In this document: positions 17,701 through 24,764 of the stretch, piece by piece
Position numbering within the stretch: the stretch's first letter is position 1
How the letters are laid out: each line of letters opens with the position of its first letter
Source of the DNA: Thermodesulfobacteriota bacterium
GTDB lineage: Bacteria > Desulfobacterota > Desulfobulbia > Desulfobulbales > SURF-16
DNA length: 24,764 bases
Direction: 5' to 3'
Assembly (NCBI GenBank): GCA_039715015.1
Contig: JBDLIE010000037.1
Coordinates: forward strand, 1 to 24,764
Translations under genes and position numbers: made by a program
Notes under the pieces: model-generated
Databases searched by the model: none
What the model saw: the letters and a program-made list of their open reading frames with translations, nothing else
What the model was told of the DNA's origin: nothing

Positions 17701-17895
17701 CTGGTTGATTATCTGCGGGGAGATACGGGATTTTCCGGCGCCACAATTATTGGTGATGGTCGAATTTCGTTGATCCTTGATGTGTATGAGCTTGTGAAAA
17801 TGACCTCGGACCGGCAGATTGAGCGCTATAAAAAAGTTGGAGTGCTCGGCCAAGACACGATGGGCGAGCAAACCTCTGTTGAGGCTCCGTCCTAG
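14737..17895 (+). CDS. cheA: chemotaxis histidine kinase CheA with extra Hpt-like repeats and acidic linkers
   Basis: IFRSIHTIKG (P1 His), SIRVD…LMNQVGELV (P3), HIIRNAVDHGIE, DDGRGID, PGFSTA…SGRGVGMDV, PLTLAI and a P5 CheW-like domain. ATG 14737 follows GAGGA. Confidence 0.97.
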   Translation: MVELSLLQDFTTEATEHLEEMEASLLALEKDPDSNEVLNDIFRSIHTIKGAAQFVGLEKISELSHKVENLLDLLRKGEKELTPAITDILIDTKDRLAQLTLELEENQEEISEVADLLSSIALLSEDDQGTIDEMGGEIGQEIEDGAILVDDLQAALDQSILDDVPDDESSLSFEPVDDDLIEEEISGEAFDEELFEIFLSQVKSNFKTVQTLVQEFADSDDKENVISQLLDCLGKLRVSANYMGYVYLTRFYDNWLQHLKSVEQSSTVGERASLDFMGVYIEQIFRVLPQVDGLEPESLVPGEEEADLGLDISVLDEVGPVEDGEDSEPQASKEIDDDLVKKEISGEVYDDELFQIFINQVNTNLADLDNSVQEFTASQNKSEVLENCLKSIGNLKSSANYMEYDLLVDLYENMRLEVEAACDKYGGDQEVDIDFISPYIERLLRIIPGGQLKSDQDGQEVRESFSEEDTADEQRQGLLDSLDTSVLDETGEDDLFTTLSSSVDASISETLVSDPEPFSNIIGEMLFADDDDKDDTAETEQVKGDHKDEDVTLSQSKSPVSVVDEAITTEEDVESINKQVENLKSQARSSDEAVADRRKVERRSGDRRTGDDGSRAFKQSIRVDSNKIDALMNQVGELVVSRAYFSQIFNDIREVQQALKEQGIGQKSQKPIRELAFKLGEANLALSRVSNELQEGVMKVRMLPVAQLFNRYPRLVRDLTHKTDKQVEIVMHGEETELDKMVIEEISDPLIHIIRNAVDHGIETNKERLAAGKPKNGTLKLEAYHESNHIVIEISDDGRGIDIDRVKEKAVENGLISQEEVARISDAEARRFIMMPGFSTADVATETSGRGVGMDVIKTNIEKLNGTVEIDSQLGTHTLIRIKIPLTLAIIQALMVKVGGDLFTVSLSVVEETLRVFEHEVSVIEGVEVIHLRDTTMPIFRLADIFNLPESKKQDISKSFVIIVSTGMQRVGLVVDELVGQEEVVIKPLVDYLRGDTGFSGATIIGDGRISLILDVYELVKMTSDRQIERYKKVGVLGQDTMGEQTSVEAPS

Positions 17896-17981
17896 CCCGC
17901 ATTGTAAAAAGTATGTAAATCATCTGAAAAATTTCGGCAGCATGGCTCAAATGAGCCCGGAGTGCTTCCTGGAGAGCGGAT

Positions 17982-19022
17982 ATGGATGATAATTTGACAA
18001 AAGTAGTGGTTGTTGATGACGCTACTTTTATGTTAAAGGCCGTAACAGAAATTCTGGAGTCAGATCCAGATGTCAAGGTGGTGGGGACCGCTAAAAACGG
18101 TTTGGAAGGCCTGGAGCAAATCAAGGAACTTAACCCCGATGTCATTACCCTTGATATGGATATGCCGGTGATGGATGGACTCAGGGCCATCCGCCATATC
18201 ATGATTGAAGAACCTGTGCCTATTGTTGTCTTAAGCTCACTCTATAACGATGGAGCCATCACTTTTGAGGCATTACGCCTGGGGGTGGTAGATTTTATTC
18301 CCAAGCCTTCCGGGGCCGTCTCCCGTGATATACATACCGCCGGGCAGAAGATAATCGACCGCATCAAGATCGCCACCGCCGTCAATATTGACAATATTCG
18401 CCGGGTTCGCCTGAACGAACATGATGTGAAAGGAAATCTAAGCCAGCGCTACGGTTTTCAGCATCTTGATTACCTGCTGACAGTCGGCACAACTTTATCC
18501 GGGCCCAATACCTTTATCCGGTTGCTGGCCAGTCTTTCGCCCCAGTTGCCTGCATCCACCGTCATTGTGATGGATATTACGCCGCAGATTCTTGATTCAT
18601 TCGTCAAAAAGTTTGATGAAATGATCCCCTGGAAGATTGAGGTGGCTCGCGACAACATCGTTCTTGAACAAGGTGTCTGTTATATCGCTTCGGATGAATT
18701 TTCTGTGGAAATAGAGGCGAATGAAAATAACGAGGCGGTTCTCAAGGTCGGCGGCAAAGTCGAAAATCCGTTGAATCTATTATTTTCCACAGCAGCCAAG
18801 GTCTTCAAACGAAATACGGTTGGCCTGCTTTTGACCGGTATCGGTGATGACGGCGCTGAAGGGTTTGCCAAGATTCGCGATCAGTCAGGCACGACCATCG
18901 CCCAGAGTGTCAATACCTGCGTCTATCCGAACCTGACCCATCATGCCATAGAATTCGGTGCCGTTGATTTTGTCGTCGAGGAAACAGAGATCGCCGCAAA
19001 GCTTGAAGAGATTATGTCATAA
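17982..19022 (+). CDS. cheB: CheB-family protein 2 (REC + methylesterase-like; triad degenerate)
   Basis: VVVDDA…TLDMDMPVMDG…GVVDFIPKP receiver. Esterase fold carries VGTTLSGP, IVMDI and LLTGIGDDGAEG. SD GGAG. Confidence 0.88.
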   Translation: MDDNLTKVVVVDDATFMLKAVTEILESDPDVKVVGTAKNGLEGLEQIKELNPDVITLDMDMPVMDGLRAIRHIMIEEPVPIVVLSSLYNDGAITFEALRLGVVDFIPKPSGAVSRDIHTAGQKIIDRIKIATAVNIDNIRRVRLNEHDVKGNLSQRYGFQHLDYLLTVGTTLSGPNTFIRLLASLSPQLPASTVIVMDITPQILDSFVKKFDEMIPWKIEVARDNIVLEQGVCYIASDEFSVEIEANENNEAVLKVGGKVENPLNLLFSTAAKVFKRNTVGLLLTGIGDDGAEGFAKIRDQSGTTIAQSVNTCVYPNLTHHAIEFGAVDFVVEETEIAAKLEEIMS

Positions 19023-19064
19023 TAGGACGCCGGAACCCGGAGCTTCAGCATTTAGAGAAAATCT

Positions 19065-19994
19065 ATGATCATTATCTGCGAAAAATGCCAGGCGCGTTAT
19101 CGGCTTGCAGAAAATACCGATACCCCGCCTATTTTTAAGGCCAGGTGTTCTAAGTGCAGCCATGTCTTCACGGTTCATCGGACTGACACCGCTATTCAGC
19201 CCCTGGTGCTTGATGAAACATCTTTATTGCCGGAAGGACATAAGATTATCGCGGTGTGCAATCAAAAGGGCGGGGTTGGTAAAACCTCCACCGCCATGAA
19301 CCTCGGCATGTCTCTGGCCCTGATGAAAAAGCGCGTGCTGCTGGTAGATTTTGATATGCAGGCGAGTTTGAGCATTATTTTTGGCCTGAATAATCAGGCC
19401 AAATCATTTTATGATCTGATGCATACTCCTGAGATTAAATTTTCCGATGTGATCAAGAAAACAAAATACCCGAACCTGTGGTTGTTGCCCTCAAACCCCA
19501 ATCTGACCCTTTTAAACAAGAAAAATATTAATGAAAAAGATTTTGAGCATATTCTCCGCAACAAACTTGAAATCATTAAAGATGAAATTGACCATATAAT
19601 CATCGATACACCGCCCTCCATAGAGCTGTTTACCCTGAACGCCTTGATGGCCTCGGACGCGGTGATTATCCCAACCCAGTGTGAATTTCTTTCTATGCAT
19701 GGTGTTTCGCATATTGAAGAGGCGATTAAGACTGTCAGGAAAATTAAAGACAAAAAGATTAATTATAGAATTTTGGTCACCATGTTCAGCGGGGAAAACA
19801 CTGCTGCTAAGGTTATTTATAAAAAAATAAAAGACCGTTATCAGGACAGAGTTCTTGATACGATCATTGAGTTTGATGTGAAGATGCAGGAGGCGCAGAT
19901 CATGAATGCGCCGGTGGTCGAATACGATAAAAACAGCCCTTCGGCCCGACAATATTTAAGCCTGGCCAACGAGATCCTGGGCAAGACGTCCTAA
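19065..19994 (+). CDS. ParA/Soj-family ATPase with N-terminal MJ0042-type zinc ribbon
   Basis: CEKC…CSKC, deviant Walker A NQKGGVGKT, VLLVDFDMQ, IIIDTPP, NALMASD.VIIPTQCE. Confidence 0.92.
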   Translation: MIIICEKCQARYRLAENTDTPPIFKARCSKCSHVFTVHRTDTAIQPLVLDETSLLPEGHKIIAVCNQKGGVGKTSTAMNLGMSLALMKKRVLLVDFDMQASLSIIFGLNNQAKSFYDLMHTPEIKFSDVIKKTKYPNLWLLPSNPNLTLLNKKNINEKDFEHILRNKLEIIKDEIDHIIIDTPPSIELFTLNALMASDAVIIPTQCEFLSMHGVSHIEEAIKTVRKIKDKKINYRILVTMFSGENTAAKVIYKKIKDRYQDRVLDTIIEFDVKMQEAQIMNAPVVEYDKNSPSARQYLSLANEILGKTS

Positions 19995-20060
19995 ACCCTT
20001 TTAGGACATGAATTTTCAAGGACCACACATCTGTCAGTGATGGCTTGATAAGAAAATGCC

Positions 20061-20828
20061 ATGAACATCAATAATAAACCCCTGTTTCACGCAATTGGCT
20101 CATTTGTAGCGATAGGCATTGTCTGGCACTTAATCTCAGTTTACAGCGGTTGGAGCGCCCAGGTTTTTGCCGGGCCCTATGAAGTCTTTGCTGCATTATG
20201 GCAGCTGACTTTGGATGGCAGCCTTATCAAACATTCTGTGGCGAGCCTCTTTCGTGTCACCGCAGGTTTTTATCTGGCCATAGTTTTTGGCATTCCCCTT
20301 GGTATGTTGCTGGGCAGGATCACAACATTACGGCTTTTTATTAACCCGGTTATCAATTTTTTGCGGCCCATCTCGCCCCTGGCCTGGATCCCTCTGGCGA
20401 TGTTGTGGTTCGGGATTGGTGATATGCCGGCAATTTTTCTTATTTTCCTCTCAAGCTTTTTTCCGCTCGTTGTGGCAACCGCCGTTGCCGTTCGTTCGAT
20501 TAACCCGGTTTATTTCCAGGTGGCGGCCAATTTTAATTTCAGCCGCTATGAGATTGTTAAAAAAATTATCATCCCGGCCACTGTGCCTGCCATCGTTGTT
20601 GCCATCAGGCTTTCGATAACCATTGCCTGGCTGGTTGTGGTGGCGGCTGAAATGATCGCTGTCCAGTCAGGCCTCGGCTATCTGATCATTGACTCACGAA
20701 ACGCCCTGCGCATGGATTACGTGATGGTGGGCATGGTGGTAATCGGCATTATCGGCCTGCTGTTAGATTACCTTATGCGTCAGCTCGGCAAGTTTGAGTC
20801 CGCCTCGTGGGGATTTCATGCCCGCTAG
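20061..20828 (+). CDS. NitT/TauT-family ABC transporter permease (SsuC/TauC-like)
   Basis: SLFRV..GF.LA…GIPLG…LRPISPLAWIPLAMLWFGIG…AWLVVVAAEM…SGLGYLI. Confidence 0.93.
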   Translation: MNINNKPLFHAIGSFVAIGIVWHLISVYSGWSAQVFAGPYEVFAALWQLTLDGSLIKHSVASLFRVTAGFYLAIVFGIPLGMLLGRITTLRLFINPVINFLRPISPLAWIPLAMLWFGIGDMPAIFLIFLSSFFPLVVATAVAVRSINPVYFQVAANFNFSRYEIVKKIIIPATVPAIVVAIRLSITIAWLVVVAAEMIAVQSGLGYLIIDSRNALRMDYVMVGMVVIGIIGLLLDYLMRQLGKFESASWGFHAR

Positions 20829-20867
20829 CTGTTTTTGTCCACTTTCATAATAAATATTCGAAAAAAT

Positions 20868-21662
20868 ATGGGACATATTCTGATAAAAAATCTCAGCAAA
20901 GACTTTGTTGATAGGCGGCGCTCGAACCGCCCCCCTGATGGATCATCGCCAAAGCATCGGAGAGTGGAGGTGCTTGAAAATCTTAATCTGGAGTTCCAGG
21001 AAGGTGACCTTACCTGCATTCTTGGCGCCTCAGGCTGCGGTAAATCGACTCTGTTGCGAATTATCGCCGGCTTTGATCAGCCCACTTCCGGCGCGGTCTA
21101 CCAGAACGGCCGGCAGCTCATAAAACCCAGTTCCGACAATATATTTGTCTATCAGCATAATGGTCTGCTGCCTTGGATGACCGTCTGGCAGAATGTTGAA
21201 CTTGGATTGCGGCATATGGAAGAAGGTGAGGCAAAGGTAGAGCATATCCAGGAATACATTGAAATGGTTGATCTTGAAGGCTTTGAACATCATTATCCCC
21301 ATCAGCTTTCTGGTGGCATGCAGCGCCGGGCCGAGCTCGCCAGGGGCCTTGCCGTCAATCCCAACATGTTGATTTTGGATGAGCCATTCAGCGGCCTGGA
21401 CTTTCTGACCCACATGAAAATGCGGGAAGAGGTGGTCAATATGCACCAGTTTTTTCAGAAAACGATGATTATGGTCACCCATAATATCGATGATGCTTTG
21501 ATCATGGGAGACAGGGTTGTTATTTTGGGTGATCGTCCGGCCCAGGTGAAGTTGGATCAGAAACTTGAATTTGAACACCCGCGAAACCCTGAAGTTGAAC
21601 CGGCCTTGCAAGAACTCCGTGATGAGATTTTCCTGATGCTCGGGGTCAGCTATGCCGTTTAA
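20868..21662 (+). CDS. NitT/TauT-family ABC transporter ATP-binding protein (SsuB/TauB-like)
   Basis: GASGCGKST, LLPWMTV..NV, LSGGMQRR, ILDEPFSGLD, MVTHNIDDA. Confidence 0.94.
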   Translation: MGHILIKNLSKDFVDRRRSNRPPDGSSPKHRRVEVLENLNLEFQEGDLTCILGASGCGKSTLLRIIAGFDQPTSGAVYQNGRQLIKPSSDNIFVYQHNGLLPWMTVWQNVELGLRHMEEGEAKVEHIQEYIEMVDLEGFEHHYPHQLSGGMQRRAELARGLAVNPNMLILDEPFSGLDFLTHMKMREEVVNMHQFFQKTMIMVTHNIDDALIMGDRVVILGDRPAQVKLDQKLEFEHPRNPEVEPALQELRDEIFLMLGVSYAV

Positions 21663-22692
21663 TTTCTGCAAAAAAGAAGGGTCTCTTGTTTGGTGTAGAG
21701 CGCTTGCTGCCATCTGCTGGCTTCTTTTAATCTCAGGCCTTCATTACTGGCTTAACATCCGTTCTGACAACCGCCGGGAAGTACTGCTCGGATATATGCC
21801 GGTTATCAGTAACATTGCCGCACCTCTGCTTGATTATGCCAGCCGTAGCGGTAGCGGGGTGCGGTTCAAGGCCCTGAAGTTCGCCTCCTTTGCTGAAATG
21901 GCTGAAGCACTGAGGAACGATCAAATAGAGGCGGCTTTTATTATTGCCCCACTGGCAATTGTTTTACGGCAGCAGGACGTTGATATAAAGGTCGTCTATA
22001 TCGGCAATCGCCATGAAAGCACCATGGTTGCAGATAAAAATTTGCAGGTGAAATCGTTAGATGATCTGGTTGGCCGGACTGTTGCGATTCCCATGCGTTA
22101 TTCCGGCCATAATATCGCACTTCTTGAACAGCTCGAGGCAAAGGGACTTGCCGGGAGGGTGAAAATTGTTGAGATGTTTCCGCCTGATATGGCGGCGGCA
22201 CTGGCAACAGGGAGACTCGATGCCTATTTTGTCGGTGAACCTTTCGCGGCAACCACCTTGAAAACCGGCGACGCATCAGTGGTTTTCTATGCTGAGGATG
22301 TATGGGAAAATTTTATCTGTAATCTGGTTATCATCAAACAAACGATGATTGAAAATGATCCTGCAGTTGTAGAAACCTTGGTGCGAGGGGCGGCCCGGTC
22401 CGGAATATGGGCCAATGAACATATTGGTGATGCTGCTGCTGTGGCATCAAAATATTGGAATCAGCCGGTTGATGTGATCAAATACGCCATGGACACGCCC
22501 AAGAGCAGGATAGTTTTTGATCGTTATATTCCCCGTGAGGAGGAATTGCAGAAGCTTGCCGACCTTATGGTTCAGTACAAGCTGAGCGAGTCAAAGGATG
22601 TTTCCGGGCTGATAGATGATCGTTTTGCCAAAGCTGTCGGGTTTGGTAACATTACTGACATAAACAGTATCTTCACTAAGGACAGTCAATAG
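21652..22692 (+). CDS. NitT/TauT-family ABC substrate-binding protein (NMT1/SsuA/NrtA-like)
   Basis: N-terminal TM anchor, LGYMPV…, DLVGRTVAIP, PPDMAAALATGRLDAYFVGEPF. Completes the permease/ATPase triad. Confidence 0.88.
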   Translation: MPFNFCKKEGSLVWCRALAAICWLLLISGLHYWLNIRSDNRREVLLGYMPVISNIAAPLLDYASRSGSGVRFKALKFASFAEMAEALRNDQIEAAFIIAPLAIVLRQQDVDIKVVYIGNRHESTMVADKNLQVKSLDDLVGRTVAIPMRYSGHNIALLEQLEAKGLAGRVKIVEMFPPDMAAALATGRLDAYFVGEPFAATTLKTGDASVVFYAEDVWENFICNLVIIKQTMIENDPAVVETLVRGAARSGIWANEHIGDAAAVASKYWNQPVDVIKYAMDTPKSRIVFDRYIPREEELQKLADLMVQYKLSESKDVSGLIDDRFAKAVGFGNITDINSIFTKDSQ

Positions 22693-22806
22693 GCCAGGTT
22701 TCTTGCCGGAAGCTGGCAACGATCTATGTGAAAAAAATGGCATAGAACTTCTGGGGCACCCTTTGTGCCTTGACAAAGGGGCAAGCTTCCCCTTGTGATA
22801 TAACTT

Positions 22807-24764
22807 ATGCAAATCCTTTACCTTCTTGCCATTGACGGGCTGAGATACGGAGTCTGGAAGGATGAGATAGAATCTGTCCAACGGCTTGAAACTATTCATC
22901 AAATTCCCTTTAGTCCGCCCCATGTTTCTGGTATGGTCATGCTGGATAAACGGGGCACTGCCCTTGTTGATTTGGCCTTCATCCTGGGGCAGCAGGAGTT
23001 TGACCGCGATGGCGCAGGTTTTTTTTTCCAGGTGGCCGGCCAGGATCTGCAGACCGGTTTTGTCGTTGCAGAAGAGATGACTGAGCTGGAGGTCAACGAA
23101 CAAGGAATTGTAGAATTATCCGACTTCATCAAAACGCCGCATATATCAACATGTATTATTAATGGCCAACAAGCTATTCCGGTCATAAACATTGCCACAC
23201 TCTATCAGGATGTGCTGAGCGGCAATGTCGAGCCTGTCAGTCCATCATTTTCTCTTTCCCTCCAGACATCTGAAAAAGACAAGGCACCGGCCGCTATCCG
23301 GCTATTTGAAGTCGGCGGGGAGCTGTTTGCCTTCAATGCCGAGCATGTAAAAGCTGACCTTGCTTCGCCGACGCATATCTTCCCTATTGCCAATGCGCCC
23401 ACATTCCTGTTGGGGTTGGCTGCGGTGGGCAACTCTGTGCTGCCCATCATTGATACGGCAGGACGCCTTGCCTTGCCCCTTGATCGGCAGGCCTGTCAAA
23501 TAGTCATCGCTGAAGTGGATGATCAGCAATTCGGTTTTTTGATCAGTGAAGATCTGGGCATAAAAAGAGAAGATGATTTCACTATCAAAATGCTTACCCC
23601 TTTGGCCGAATCTGTTTGGATCACCTCACTTGCCGTCACGGAAGAGGCAATTATCCCCATCTTAAAGGCGCCGGAACTTGTTCATAGTAAAGAGGAAGGC
23701 CGCCAGTCCATCCTGGCGGAGCGCTATGAGCCGGATTTCACATTCATTGATAAGTTTGAACATGAAGAGGTCGAGGTTGCCGAATTTCTCCTGCTTGGTG
23801 CCATTCATGCCCTCCCCAAGCTGGAAGTAAGGGATGTGATGGCGGTGGGGTCGGTCCGCAGATTGCCGAATTTGCAGACCCTTGTCATCGGGGTGGTGCA
23901 GAGTGGTGATGAGATTGTGCCGGTGCTTGATCTTGCCATGGTATTTGGCCGCCGATCTATAATCGGGCCGGACTGGCAGATGCTTTTTGTGCACAACGGC
24001 GATTTCAAGGCCTTTGTGGTTACGGAAGAGGTGATCGGTGAGCGGACGATACCTAAGAATTCTCAAAAAGACATGCCGATTAGTCTGCCGCAAAAGTTGG
24101 TCTATGGCTGTTATCCGGATAAGAATATTGCCCGGTTGATCCTTAATATTGAGGCCATTGCCGTCCATTTCGACAAGGTGATTGTTGAAGAGTTCATCAA
24201 TACCTTGACCAAGGAGATGATGACGGCACCTGCTGAGATAGTGCATGCCCTGCTGCCTGACCCGCATAAGGAGCGTGTGGTCGTTCAAGAGACTTCCTGG
24301 AAGCAGGATGAGAGTGATGCTGGACACCTGACAGAAGATGGGCCAGAGGTTGAAGAGTTTATCGACGAGACGGCAATGGTTGTTGATGAGAGTGATGCTG
24401 GAATCGGCGATGTGATTGTCAGGCATGAGGAAAAAAGCGATGTTCTTGGAGAGGATACCGTTTTAGTCTTGGATTCCTCTTTGGAAATTGAGGATGAGGA
24501 GTTTGCTCAAGCTGAAGAGCTGACTCTTCAGAGTAAATTGCTTGAGAAACTGGGTTCAGAGGAAGATGGCGAAGGAGAGCGGATGGAGGAGGCTTGCGAT
24601 TTCGAGGTAGCACCTCTCCTTCATGAAATAGAAATAGGCGATGATGAGGAGCCAGAATTAAAGGCCCGTAAGCAGGCCGAGGCAGAAGAAGCCGCCCAAG
24701 CCGAGGAAGAACGCCAGCGCCAGGAACGGGAAGAGCAGAAACGGCAGGAAGAAGAGGCCCGTAA
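22807..24764 (+). CDS. triple-CheW-domain protein with acidic linker and E/R/Q/A-rich helical tail (partial, runs off the window)
   Basis: Hand translation: ATG 22807 follows an in-frame TAA and is open for >650 codons. Three CheW-like repeats: IPFSPPHVSGMV…ALVDL; FEVGGELFA…NAPTFLLGL…LPIID…FGF; LPNLQTLVIGVV…IVPVLDLA. Confidence 0.9.
   Translation, partial: MQILYLLAIDGLRYGVWKDEIESVQRLETIHQIPFSPPHVSGMVMLDKRGTALVDLAFILGQQEFDRDGAGFFFQVAGQDLQTGFVVAEEMTELEVNEQGIVELSDFIKTPHISTCIINGQQAIPVINIATLYQDVLSGNVEPVSPSFSLSLQTSEKDKAPAAIRLFEVGGELFAFNAEHVKADLASPTHIFPIANAPTFLLGLAAVGNSVLPIIDTAGRLALPLDRQACQIVIAEVDDQQFGFLISEDLGIKREDDFTIKMLTPLAESVWITSLAVTEEAIIPILKAPELVHSKEEGRQSILAERYEPDFTFIDKFEHEEVEVAEFLLLGAIHALPKLEVRDVMAVGSVRRLPNLQTLVIGVVQSGDEIVPVLDLAMVFGRRSIIGPDWQMLFVHNGDFKAFVVTEEVIGERTIPKNSQKDMPISLPQKLVYGCYPDKNIARLILNIEAIAVHFDKVIVEEFINTLTKEMMTAPAEIVHALLPDPHKERVVVQETSWKQDESDAGHLTEDGPEVEEFIDETAMVVDESDAGIGDVIVRHEEKSDVLGEDTVLVLDSSLEIEDEEFAQAEELTLQSKLLEKLGSEEDGEGERMEEACDFEVAPLLHEIEIGDDEEPELKARKQAEAEEAAQAEEERQRQEREEQKRQEEEAR

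Noticed and set aside
22770..22804. sigma70 promoter TTGACA…TATAAC before the triple-CheW gene
   Set aside because: The spacer is 23 bp and the -10 box would put the TSS past the ATG.
23019..23027. T9 homopolymer as a phase-variation tract (also 620-628)
   Set aside because: The tracts are short, the frames are intact, and A/T runs are common in this window.
23662..24426. 254-aa minus-strand ORF (and similar antisense ORFs at 2031-2681, 11048-11584, 21030-21713)
   Set aside because: These are shadows of well-supported genes on the opposite strand and show no motifs.

Overview
About 24.8 kb of chromosomal DNA with gene content typical of a deltaproteobacterium, probably Desulfobulbales-like (inference). 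The left part (minus strand) is a sigma54-driven nitrogen-uptake cluster: P-II (glnK/glnB), amtB, a putative outer-membrane porin and a class I glutamine amidotransferase-like gene. A secreted rhodanese and an orphan NtrC-family sigma54 activator follow. Right after the activator sits a complete-looking sigma54 promoter (enhancer palindromes, IHF-like site, near-perfect -24/-12) whose only downstream content is a ~175-nt region holding a 19-codon hydrophobic ORF. A PilZ gene is divergent from a long, atypical chemosensory cluster that is preceded by an 11/14-bp TACGAC repeat array. The cluster encodes a pseudo-REC/DUF4388/TPR/Zn/REC regulator, two CheB homologues that both lack an intact catalytic triad, a very long MCP, CheW, CheY, a tip-less mini-receptor-like protein, a CheA with two extra His-less Hpt-like repeats, a Zn-ribbon ParA, an embedded NitT/TauT ABC transporter and a triple-CheW protein. 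The triple-CheW ORF runs off the window end and is missing from the ORF track. No cheR, rRNA, tRNA, CRISPR or mobile element was seen. All calls are by eye, without database searches.
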